Positions 1 to 10,884 of a stretch of DNA of 64,000 bases are shown in pieces. The position numbers and the translations under genes were made by a program. The notes under the pieces are model-generated. The model was not told the DNA's origin. It saw only the letters and a program-made list of their open reading frames with translations, and made no database searches. Within the stretch, counting starts at the first letter, position 1. Each line of letters begins with the position of its first letter. This DNA is from Malacoraja senta (taxonomy: Eukaryota): NCBI GenBank assembly GCA_038087875.1, contig CM075990.1, positions 14,262,001 to 14,326,000 on the forward strand, written 5' to 3'.

Positions 1-639
1 ATCGTCTCTCACACCCCCCGCTGCTGAAAGACTCATCCATGCCTTCATCTCCTCCCGACTGGACTACTGTAACTCTCTTCTTTTCGGAATCAATTCCAGC
101 AACATCAAACGACTCCAACTGGTCCAAAATGCAGCCGCTCGACTCATTACCCACACCAAATCCTGGCACCACATCACCCCAGTTCTCAAAGAACTTCACT
201 GGCTTCCCATTTCCCACAGGATCACCTACAAAATCCTGGTCCTCACCTACAAAGCCCTCAACAACCTGCCCCCCCCTTATCTCATTGACCTCCTCTCCCC
301 CTACCAACCCTCACGGTCCCTCAGATCCACATCAGCTGGTCTCCTCTCCACTCCGAAATCAAACCTCTGCACTTTTGGAGGCAGAGCCTTCTCCAGGGCA
401 GCTCCCAGGCTCTGGAATTCCCTCCCACAACCGGTCCGAAATTCTGAGTCCCTCACCATCTTCCAGTCCCGCCTCAAGACCCATCTCTTCACCTCTGCAT
501 ACCCTTAGTCCCATGTTCCCCTCCCCTCTGTCTTACTGCTCTATTTTGTTTTGTTTATTCCTGACTCTCAATTGTAAAGCGACTTTGAGACCTGAAAAGC
601 GCTATATAAATAAAATCTATTATTATTATTATTATTATT
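1..639 (+). mobile_element. L2-clade LINE 3' end (ORF2 C-terminus, 3' UTR, (TAT)n tail); runs off the window start
   Basis: Frame 2 is open from 2 to the TAG at 506-508: IHAFISSRLDYCNSLL...LQLVQNAAARL...HITPVLKELHWLP...RAFSRAAPRLWNSLP...LKTHLF, a typical L2 post-RT region. Tail TGTAAAGCG...GCGCTATATAAAT followed by (TAT)n. Confidence 0.93.
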
Positions 640-1039
640 GTCAAATGATGTAAAAGGAGCCCATTCAGCCCATCGAGTCATTGGCAGTTCAACGGCACTA
701 TCCCATCAGTGTCATGCACCTTTCTCCTTATTTCCCTGCACCTACGCAACTCATTCTTTCCCACACACACCTTTCACCTATGGTTTACCTTTGCCACTAA
801 CCGACTACAAAAGACCATTTAATCTACCAGTGAATCATTGAGAAATGGGAATTCAGAGCGCCCGGAGGAAACAGAAGAAAATGTGTAAACTGTACACAGT
901 CAGTACCCTAGGTCAGGATTGAAGCTAGGTCTCCAGAGCTATAAGGCAGCAGCACGTCACCTTCTGAATTGCTATCCTGATGTGTTTCCTGACACTCTAA
1001 GGGTACCTACTGGATTAGGAAGTAATGCAGGATGAAACA

Positions 1040-1408
1040 GTTGCAAAATGGCGCAATGGGCTAAGTGTTCGGCTGGCAACCGGAAGGTAGCCGGTTCGAA
1101 TCCCGCTTGGAGTGCATACTGTCGTTGTGTCCTTGGGCAAGACACTTCACCCACCTTTGCCTGCGTGTGAATGTGTGTGAATGTGTGTGAATGTGTGTGA
1201 ATGTGTGTGAGTGATTGGTGGTGGTCGGAGGGGCCGTAGGCGCAGATTAGCAGCCACGCTTCCGTCATTCTGCCCCAGGGCAGCTGTGGCTACAGAAGTA
1301 GCTCACCACCACCGAGTGTGACTGAGGAGTGAATGAATAATGCGATGTAAAGCGCCTTGAGTATTAGAAAGGCGCTATATAAATCCCATCCATTATTATT
1401 ATTATTAT
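1040..1408 (+). mobile_element. tRNA-derived CORE-type SINE (AFC-like) with an L2-type tail
   Basis: A box TGGCGCAATGG at 1049-1059, B box GGTTCGAATCC at 1093-1103, CORE-like GTGTCCTTGGGCAAGACACTTCACC, internal (GTGTGAATGT)n, tail matching the L2 at 573-639, and (TAT)n end. Confidence 0.85.
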
Positions 1409-1429
1409 ATCCAATCCATTATCAAGATA

Positions 1430-1900
1430 GATGTAGATACAAGGTTCTGCAGATGCTGGTTTATAAACAGACACATAGTGCTGGAGTAACCTGTGGGTCA
1501 GCCAGCATCCCTGGAGAACATGGATAGGTGACGTTTCGAGTTGGATCCCTTCTTCAGACTAATTGTGGTGGGGGTAGGGTAGAAGGCTGGGTGAGTGGTG
1601 GGGCGGGACAAAGTCTTGTGAGGGATGGGTGGTGAGTTTTTTTTTTTTATAGGTAGATGGTTGGACAAAGGCCAGAGATGAAAAAAATGAAAGGTGTGAG
1701 TTAAGGATAGGATAGTTGCAAATTGTGAAGTGAGAGGAAGGAGTATAGATGGAAGGGGAGGGGGAAGTGGAGAAATGGGTGCAAAACAAAGTGAGGACAG
1801 GGGAAAGGAAGGGAGAAGTGGAAGTAAGGGTTATTTCTTGGTCGTTACCTAAAATTGGAGTCATCAATGTTCATACTATCAGGTGGCAAGCTACTCAATT
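1430..1900 (-). mobile_element. Degenerate Penelope-like element 3' fragment with terminal repeat
   Basis: The reverse complement of ~1845-1897 matches the ORF end at 4840-4890 (MNIDxSNFR). A purine-rich spacer follows, then the terminal repeat with a hammerhead-like core at ~1530-1558. Confidence 0.7.
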
Positions 1901-4364
1901 ATACCTCAATACCATTCAAAGGGTTGCCATTTCCATTTCACCAGCAATATCTAAACTGACATTTATCACAATGATTTCTGTGGGAGCTTGTTGTGTCCAA
2001 CTTTTGCCTCACACTCACACAAAAATAATCACCACCCTTCAAGTAATTTACAGAAAGAATGCTTTTGTTGGCTGGGGTTACAAATATAACAGAGTCATTC
2101 TGAGCTATGAGCCCTGAATTTCTAGTAACAAGCACATCAAAAATGTGGAAATCGGCCACCATGCAAATCAGCCCTTCAGCACTTATGTCAGTACAAACCG
2201 ATTAATTTACACATATATGGAAACTGTTCAGATTTTAATAATCCAAGCTTATTCAAGGTATCAATTATCAAACAGCTTGCTGAGCACTGTAATCAACATT
2301 TGGTCTAATTGGAGTGGTGTGGCTCTTCACATTCACACTGTTGGTGTTACATTGTCTAATCAATCTCAAGAGAAGAGAAAAGGGTAAAATGCCACAGCAG
2401 ACATTCCCCATCAAGTTAATACTGGAAGTCATATCTCCATCACTGACCTGTCTATTATTCCCTCTCTCTGTCTAATCCACTCATCATCCTTGTATCTACC
2501 AGAGTCAAGCACCAATCGAGTTTTCATTGGCATCCCAGAGGCTCTGCAGGTGGTTTAGAAGAGGTTTTACCAGGATGGTTTCTTGGACTAGAGAGTATTG
2601 ACTATGTGGAGAGGTTGGGCAGTTTATTGATTCAGCGGCAATCTCAAACAGAGTGCTGTGGTGATTTCTTCGGCATGGTTTTTGGTATCAGAGCGGTGCA
2701 GAGGGCCCAGGTGGCTGGGTTCTGCGGAGGTAAGGAGCATGTGGACTTGTTGCCCAGATGTGGCCTACAGGCCATTTATTGTACATCAACTGTCATGATC
2801 CAATGCACTCTCAATGTACAGTCTCCCAAAACTATCTACCATCCACATGTCAGTCTTTTCTGGGCAACGAGCAATCCCAATTGTCATTGTTAGAGTGGGG
2901 GGTTCAGGGGAATTGACTGTATTTCAAGCAGGATTGAAATATAACAGAGTATTTGTCGGTAACACTAATTTAGTTGGAAGTGGGAAAAACAATGTATTGT
3001 GTTCCCCCACAAACTCAGAGATCAGTCTGTTTACAGAGCAAAACTACAGCAATACACTCCCAATAAAGGCAAGATAATTTCCCCAGTGGACAGAGCATAA
3101 TTTACGTGTTTAAAATCAATCACAAACCCTTTCATTAGTGTGGTCAGTTGGTTTGATTGATCTGAGAGTTATGTCTCTGTTCTGCCTGCTGTAATATTGT
3201 CACCAAATACAGATTTAATATGAAATAAACCAACGTGCTTAACTGGAGCCTTGTCCATAGGCCATACATATTGGACAATCACAGGTGGGCCTACTTAGTC
3301 TTTAAGCATGTCAATAATCACCTAATATCACTGATCATTGGTAGGATACCCATTATTGGCACACATGAACAATAATCTTCAAACAATCCTAAATGTCTGA
3401 AGGGTCTCATCCCGAAATATCACCCATTCCTTCTCTCCAGAGATGCTGCATGTCCCGCTGAGTTACTCCAGCATTTTGTGTCGATCTGCGATTCAAACCA
3501 GCATCTGCAGTTCCTTCCTACACTAAATGTACACATGTACACTCACAGGGGCCTTGGACCATCAGTAAAGTCAGTGTATCCTCAGTAAGTGAGTGCAGAA
3601 CATGGGCAGAACCTGTGCAGAAAGGAAATGCAGATGCTGGTTTACGCCGGGGATAAACACAAAAAGCTGGAGTAACTCAGCGCGTCAGGCAGCACTTCTG
3701 GAGAAAAGGATGAGGTCATGTTTTCGGGTCGAGACCCTTCTTCTGGCAGAACCCAACACAGAACGTAGTCTGGAGTGATCGGAGTTTGGAGTGATCGATG
3801 GATCAGAAAAGTTATAATCTAAAGTGAAAAATAAATTTAAATATTCTGCCAACTAACACTCCAGTAAAATTCCAATAATCCAGCACCATGGGAATTTGGT
3901 GGTGCTGGACTAGCAGAATTTTCTGAACTATTGGATATTCCTCTCCATCATCACCCAAACACATTTCCATTTTTTAAACCTGTGTTATACAGCAGTATAA
4001 TACATTTTCCAGTGAACCTGCTTAAGTTTAAAGAAATACATAAACAATTTATAAGCACTCCCGACACTAGCTCTGGCCACAAGTTTACCCACGTCCCTGA
4101 CCCCTGGTGCTCTGGACCCTAACTCTGCCTCTGTCCATGCACGTTTTCCCTGTGACTACGTGGGGTTCCTCCTGATGCTGCAGTTTCCCCATACATCTCA
4201 ATGGCATGAGGGCTAGTAGGTTAATTGGCTGCAGTAAATTGCCCTAATGTTTAGGTGAGTGGTAGAATCCTGGGGGGGGGGGGGACGTGGGGGTGTGGAG
4301 GGGGGGTGGAGAGGGAGATGATGACAATATGGAGATACATTTTTTAGGTAGGATTAGATTAGAT

Positions 4365-5037
4365 TCCAACATGACCCCACCACTCACCACACCTTCCCAT
4401 CTCTGCTTTCCGCAGAGACCGCTCCCTCCGTAACTTCCTGGTCAATTCTTCCCTTCCCACCCGAACCACCCCCTATCCTGGCACTTTCCCTCTGCAACCG
4501 CAAGAGATGCTACACTTGTCACTTTACCTCCCCCCTCGACTCCATTCAAGGACCCAAGCAGTCGTTCCAGGTGCGACAGAGGTTCACCTGCACCTCCTCC
4601 AACCTCATCTATTGCATCCGCTGCTCTAGATGTCAGCTGATCTACATCGGTGAGACCAAGCGCAGGCTGGCGATCGTTTCGCCGAACAAATCCGCTCGGT
4701 CCGCATTAACCAACCTGATCTCCCTGTGGCTCAGCACTTCAACACCCCTTCCCATTCCGAATCCGACTTTCTGTCCTGGGCTCCTCCATGGCCAGAGTGA
4801 GCACCACCGGAAATTGGAGGAGCAGCACTTCATATTCCGCTTGGGGAGTCTGCACCCTAGCGGCATAAACATTGACTTCTCCAATTTCCGGTATCCCTTG
4901 CCGTCTCCTCCCCTTCTCAGCTCTCCCCCCAACCCTGCATCAGTCTGAAGAAGGGTTTCGGCCCGAAACGTTGCCTATTTCCTTCGCTCCATGGATGCTG
5001 CGCACCCGCTGAGTTTCTCCAGCACTTTGGTCTACCT
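4365..5037 (+). mobile_element. Penelope-like retroelement 3' fragment (frameshifted GIY-YIG endonuclease) plus terminal repeat, inserted in a V-SINE
   Basis: RQRFTCTSSNLIYCIRCSRCQLIYIGETKRRL is a GIY-YIG motif, followed by RKLEEQHFIFRLGSLHPSGINIDFSNF. TTAGATT flanks both sides. V-SINE halves lie at ~4138-4364 and ~5038-5122. Confidence 0.9.
4945..4972 (+). ncRNA. Minimal hammerhead-ribozyme-like core in a Penelope terminal repeat
   Basis: CTGAAGA-A-GGGT TTCG GCCC-GAAA-CGTT fits CUGANGA / stem II / GAAA / palindromic ACGU / UH. Stem I is weak and activity is not shown. Confidence 0.65.
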
Positions 5038-5574
5038 TAGATTAGTGTAGGATTAGTATAAATGGGTGGTGCATGGTCAGCCTGCACGGTGGGCTGAAGA
5101 GATTATCTCAATGCCGTATCTCTCAAAAAAATCTCTCAATAGAGATTGCCTTTGTTGTTCTGTTTAATTTAATCCAAATATCAAATCCAACACAGTTAGC
5201 TGCTAAATAAAAGCATTTAAAACTGAAATGTGATGTGTCAGCAAAACAACTTTGGGAATGGTGCTGTCATGCCTCAAGTGAATGTTACAAATCAACATGT
5301 TGTAAAACACTCAACAAAAGGTGAAGTCAGCTGCAGAGGCTATAAAACACAGGTGCGCGCGTGACAATAACAACAGAACTGAACTGAGCTAAACAGAATT
5401 AGATTCAGGAAACCGACCAGATGTTCTGAAAATGAACAAACTTCAAAGGGTTATTCCAAATAAAAAACGATGCCCGAGTTCAAGGTTCAGACCACGGATG
5501 ATGGGGAAGGCTGCGAAAGACCACAAATGCATTTGTTCATTCTATATGGCTCTTCCATACTAATCTAGATATCC

Positions 5575-5928
5575 CGTTCTGGAAAGAGAATGGAGAGGAT
5601 GTTCCCACTAGTGGGAGAGTCTAGCACCAGAGGCCATATCCTCAGAATAAAAGGACGTACCTTTAGAAAGGAGATGTGGAGGAATTTCTTTTGACAGTGG
5701 GTGGTGAATCTGTGGAATTCATTGCCACAGAAGGCTGTGGAGGCCAAATCAATGGATATTTTTAAGGTGGAGATGGATTGGTTCTTGATTAGTATGGGTG
5801 TCAAGGGTTATGGGAGAAGACAGGAGAATGGGGGTTGACAGGGAAAATTGATCAGCCAAGATTGAATGGTGGTGTAGACTTGATGGGCCGAATGGCCTAA
5901 TTCCTGCTCCTACTACTTATGAACATAT
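5575..5928 (+). mobile_element. CR1 LINE 3' fragment
   Basis: Matches the CR1 C-terminus (SSTRGH...[15 protein letters not shown]) and the GGGCCGAATGGCCT tail hairpin. Confidence 0.85.
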
Positions 5929-6041
5929 GAAATTTCCACATGATTCCCCTAGGCAAGAGATATTGACTCAGAACAGTAAGCAAGAACATTCCCAGGAGAT
6001 AACAGGACAAACATTTGATTAAGAAGGCCACATGAAGTGGT

Positions 6042-6657
6042 CTTTTGAGTATAAGAGCAGGGAGGTTCTACTGCAGTTGTACAGGGTCTTGGTGAGACCA
6101 CACCTGGAGTATTGCGTACAGTTTTGGTCTCCTAATCTGAGGAAAGACATTCTTGCCATAGAGGGAGTACAGAGAAGGTTCACCAGACTGATTCCTGGGA
6201 TGTCAGGACTTTCATATGAAGAAAGACTGGATAGACTCGGTTTGTACTCACTAGAATTTAGAAAAGTGAGGGGGATCTTATAGAAACGTACAAAATTCTT
6301 AAGGGGTTGGACAGGCTAGATGCAGGAAGATTGTTCCCGATGTTGGGGAAGTCCAGAACAAGGGGTCACAGTTTAAGGATAAGGGGAAATCTTTTAGACC
6401 GTGATGAGGAAAACATTTTTCACACAGAGAGTGGTAAATCTCTGGAATTCTCTGCCACAGAAGGTAGTTGAGGCCAGTTCATTGGCTATATTTAAGAGGG
6501 AGTTAGATGTGGCCCTTGTGGCTAAAGGGATCAGAGGGTATGGAGAGAAGGCAGGTACAGGATACTGAGTTGGATGATCAGCCATGATCATATTGAATGG
6601 CGGGCAGGCTCGAAGGGCCGAATGGCCTACTCCTGCACCTATTTTCTATGTTTCTAT
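6042..6657 (+). mobile_element. 5'-truncated CR1 LINE
   Basis: FEYKSREVLLQLYRVLVRPHLEYCVQFWSP...LSYEERL; tail GAAGGGCCGAATGGCCTACTCCTGCACCTATTTTCTATGTTTCTATG; ATGAAGT repeated on both flanks. Confidence 0.93.
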
Positions 6658-6790
6658 GAAGTCATAGGCTGCTGAGAAACAGATCCCTTGGTCCATCCAA
6701 TTCTTGCCCACCATCAAGTACCTATTCGCACCAATCCCATTTTATTCCCTCCATATTCCCATCACACCATGCAGGATTGGTAGAGCGAAG

Positions 6791-6868
6791 GTAGACAAAA
6801 GTGCTGGAGAAACTCAGCACTTTTGGAGCGAAGGAAATAGGCAACGTTTCGGGCTGAGACCCTTCTTC
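6791..6868 (-). mobile_element. Solo hammerhead-core short repeat (Penelope terminal type) with TSD
   Basis: GTAGACAAAAGTGCTGGAGAAACTCAGC...GCAACGTTTCGGGCTGAGACCCTTCTTC, flanked by the direct repeat AGCGAAG. Confidence 0.75.
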
Positions 6869-8478
6869 AGCGAAGTCTTGGTCCAATGGCAAATAGTCAG
6901 GGATATTTAGATTCAAACCTGTGCTGCACATACGTAGTTCAACATGCACGAACGGACAGATTCTGTCCTCAAGATGCATCACTGAGATAAGGGTGTGTAA
7001 GTGGTTAAGTTGTTTGTCTGGCAGCCAGAATTCTGGTTCATGGTTGCAGGGATGCACATTTGAATCCCTGCATAGCACCAGGATAATTTTAAATTCAAAC
7101 AATGAAATAAGAACAAAGAACAGTACATCAGAGGAACAGGTCCTTCGGTTCACGATGTCCGTGCCAACAAGATGATAAATTAAACTAATCTCCCCTGCAG
7201 GCATGTGATCCATAACCCCCCCCCGATTCCCTGCATATTTAATGTGCCTATCTAAAAGTCTCTTAAATGCCACTATCGAATTTGCTTCCACTACCACCCC
7301 CTAGCAGTGCATTCCAGGCACCTGCCATTCTCTGGAAAGGAAATTTGCCCTGCACAACTCCTCTAAACTCATATATTTTGCTACAGTCTGTTCTGGATTA
7401 AACAAATCACAACATCTTAGATAAGCTACAAAAGCCAATATTCTATCCTGAAATATTTCTGATTATAATTTGACCCTGGCCACCATTTCTCAGAGAACCC
7501 ATGGCACCATGCCCAGAGAGAACAGAAGTATTCTCCAGAATCAATAGTTATGCCTCAATTAACATCAGATTATCCGGAAATTGGACCGGATAGTTTCTGC
7601 TACGCAACGCTAATGAATTCACATATTTAAAGCAATCAAAGGAATTGCACAATAAGCTTGTGCTTGGGTATACCTTTAGATATTACAAAGTATCAACTGC
7701 TTTTACAGATATACATCGCACCAAAGTAAACAATCTAAAATAAATAGAACAAGATGACTTTAATAAAATCTCTGCCTAGTTCCACTTTGGAATTGGAGGC
7801 ATAGAGTCAGGTTGTTAACTCTGGAATGATAAATTCCTGAATGTTTCCCATGCCTGTCCCATCTACAGATTTTAACATCCAAAAATAAAGTATGTAATGC
7901 ATTTGTTTTAGTTCCAAAAGAACATTTTTTTAAAGAATGTCCCAATGGATTTTCTCCAAGAGTTTGCTCACTGTGTATCCAGAAAATGAAGCTTCCATGT
8001 TCAGAGACTTTCAAACTGTCCTTAAAGAGTTGAGATTTCATTCCAGTCTCACAAATGGATATGAGAAAGGTCAAGAGAAAGCAGCTTGTCCCATTCAGAT
8101 GTAGTCGTCTTCATCAATCATGGATCAATCCACCCACGGCAAAAGAAAGAAACCGCAAAACTAATTTACGCCAAGCATTGTAAGACATTCTTCTGCGTTC
8201 CCTGTCACAACCCACAACACCTATACAAATCTTTGTATCATCTGCAACCTTAAGAACTGTCTTCCTCCTAGACACTGATTGAGTGATGATCAAAGCTCCA
8301 AGGACACCCACAAATCATGCAACAAATGTGAGCACAGCAGATAAAATCTCTCACTGCCACAGAGAAATGGGCACAGGAGTAATGGAGATTTTGGTACACC
8401 TCTTCCAATTCCCACCTCCACATCGGAGTCGTGGAAGTGGAGGTGAGGAACATACAAAGGGCCGCTGTGGCTCCTTAA

Positions 8479-8794
8479 TGGGGCTGTCCCACTGTACGAG
8501 CTAATTCAAGAGTTCTCCCGAGTTTCCCCTAATTCGAACTCGGAAAATTACGGTAATAGCCGCTCGTAGGTACTCGGGGCTCTCGTGGACATTTTTCAAC
8601 ATGTTGAAAAATCTTCACGAGTCTTCCCGAGCTTACTGCGTTTCCCGAGTACCTGCCGTTAGCGTTACGAGCCGCTAAGAGACGTCCCGAGCTCCGACGT
8701 ACCCGCTACGTACATTCTACGTGCTTACCATGAGTTTGATTTTTTTTTAACTCGGGAGAGCTCTTGAATTACCTCGTACAGTGGGACAGCCCCT
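8479..8794. mobile_element. PIF/Harbinger-type MITE
   Basis: Terminal inverted repeats GGGGCTGTCCCACTGTACGAG / CTCGTACAGTGGGACAGCCCC extending imperfectly to ~45 bp; TAA on both flanks. Confidence 0.85.
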
Positions 8795-9110
8795 TAACAT
8801 AACCAAAAATTCGAGGAGCAGATTTCATCAGCAAAACCTGAAGCCCACCTTCTCAAACCCACAGAGCCACAATCTTGTCTCTCACTAACTGGTTTCCAGG
8901 TAACAATGATGGAGCTATTGGGACCAGAAAAGTCATTTATGTTCCGCTCACTTTTGTCTTTATCAAAAGGGGCTGTCCCACTGTACGAGATACTCTAGGA
9001 TCTTTGATTTGCACACTAGTGTTGATTATGTTGTTCAGTTTTTCTTACAAGAGGGAATATCATGCCTGTTGATTAACACAGTCACATTTAGTTTCGTTTA
9101 GTTTAGAGAT

Positions 9111-9335
9111 CATCATCATCGTTGAAAACATCAATGGGCACGGTGCCTTACAATGCTATGTATGACAGTTAACGCAGCTTCTCGCTAGGAGCTCATCCGC
9201 CCTTTGACAGGTCTTGGTTTTGGTCCTGCTCGGGGTCCACAGCCCCCCCCCCCTCACCTGGCAAACCAGGTGGGGGAGATGGTTTAGTCGCCGACTATCC
9301 GACCATGGAGCAGGTAGCACATGCTCCCCCAGACC
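9111..9335 (-). mobile_element. Short retroposon with a (GAT)n tail, inserted in a V-SINE tail
   Basis: (CAT)n at the left end; TSD TTTAGAGAT on both sides. Family not identified; the tail is RTE-like. Confidence 0.6.
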
Positions 9336-9623
9336 TTTAGAGATACAGCCCAGAAACAGGCCCTTCAGCCCACCGACTCCACACTGACCAGTGATCCCCG
9401 CACAATAGCACTATCCTACACCCACTAGGGACAATTTACACTGATACCAAGCCAATTAACCTACAAACCTGTACGTCTTTGGAGTGTTGGAGGAAACCAA
9501 ATGTCTCGGAGAAACGGCGAGAACGTTCAAACTCCGTACAGACAAGCACCCGTAGTCAGGATCGAACCCTTGTCTACTGGCGCTGTAAGGCAGCAACTTT
9601 ACCTCTGCACCACCATGCTGCCC
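9336..9623 (-). mobile_element. HE1-like V-SINE
   Basis: Reverse-strand tRNA head (GGTTCGATCCTGAC B box), V-domain (CCAAAGACGTACAGGTTTGTAGGTTAATTGG) and CR1-like tail GGGCTGAAGGGCCTGTTTC. Confidence 0.85.
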
Positions 9624-10013
9624 TGCCTTAAAAAATATGGTCAGAAAAAGATTAATGATCGAATCATCACCCCCAGATGCCTGGAAAAGATCCAGCTCTT
9701 GGCCAGACAGTCTTCATGGTCCGTTGAGATTGAGAAATTGCCAAGTAGACAATTAGAACCACAGCCTCATGACTCATCGGTTGCTACCTACGCAAAATAG
9801 TTCTCTGGAATGTAAAGTGCTGCAGTAAGTAGCAGGTGCGGCAGCATCTCTGGATGACATGGATTTGGGTCGGGACCCTTCTCAGACTTGCATCTCAACT
9901 TGGTTTGCAGGTTTTCATCTCAAACTGGGTCTGAAGAAGGGTCCCGACCTGAAACTTTGCCTATCTAGTCTATTTTGTCTCTCTAACTTTGCCCCCAGAG
10001 TTGCTGCCTGACT

Positions 10014-10338
10014 TTAGTTTAGTTTAGTTTCGAGATACAGCGTGGAAACAGGCCCTTCGGCCCACCGGGTCCGCGCCGACCAGTGATCCCCACACATTCA
10101 CACCATCCTACACCCACTAGGGCCAATTTTTACATTTACCAAGCCAATTAACCTACAAACCTGCACGTCTTTGGAGTGTGGGAAGATACCGAAGATCTCG
10201 GAGAAAAAACCCACGCAGGTCACGGGGAGAACGTACAAACTCCGTACAAACAGAACCCGTAGTCGGGATCGAACCCACGTCTCCGGTGCTGCATTCGCTG
10301 TAAGGCAGCAACTCTACTGCTGCCCCACTGTGACCGCC
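10014..10338 (-). mobile_element. HE1-like V-SINE, full length
   Basis: tRNA head, V-domain, GGGCCGAAGGGCCTGTTTCC tail and (CTAAA)n end. Confidence 0.9.
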
Positions 10339-10670
10339 CAACCGACTTGTTGAGTTCAGCACTTTTGTTCCAAGTAAGATTCCTGCAACTGTGTCTCTCT
10401 AAGAGTGTCCAATTTGATTTCATTATAAATAAGAAAAATTAGCCAACCAAATGATGATAATATGGAGCTTAGTCCCAAGGGAGCAGATGAAGCAAACACC
10501 AAATATGTTTTTAGGAGGAGAAGATGGAATAGATGTAGATGAGAAAAGACAGAAAGAGTCCTGATTGAAGCATAATTACCAGCATGGACTGGTTGGACTG
10601 AATGGCCTGTTTCAGTGCTGGAGACCCAATTTATCAGTTTCTGTTGTGAAACACTAATACATTATGTGCT

Positions 10671-10884
10671 GTAGACAAAAATGCTGGAGAAACTCAGCCG
10701 GTGAGGCAGCATCTATGGAGCGAAGGAAATAGGCAACGTTTTGGGTCAAAACCCTTCTTCAGACAGGTTTCGACCCGAAACGTTGCCTATTTCCTTCACT
10801 CCATAGATGCTGCCTCACCCGCTGAGTTTCTCCAGCATTTTTGTCTACCTTCGATTTTCCAGCATCTGCAGTTCCTTCTTAAAC
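10671..10884. mobile_element. Inverted pair of hammerhead-core short repeats
   Basis: GTAGACAAAAATGCTGGAGAAACTCAGC... is followed by its reverse complement ...GCTGAGTTTCTCCAGCATTTTTGTCTAC; AATACATTAT is repeated on both flanks. Confidence 0.85.

Noticed and set aside
39..653. 204-aa Ser/Pro-rich ORF
   Set aside because: It is an alternative frame of the C-rich L2 ORF2; the real frame is 2-508.
1049..1110. tRNA-like A/B boxes here and in V-SINE heads
   Set aside because: These are SINE heads without a complete cloverleaf, not tRNA genes.
7760..8470. Unique-looking block with short ORFs and a + strand acceptor-like site
   Set aside because: ORFs are short in all frames, there is no recognisable protein, and I found no convincing donor.
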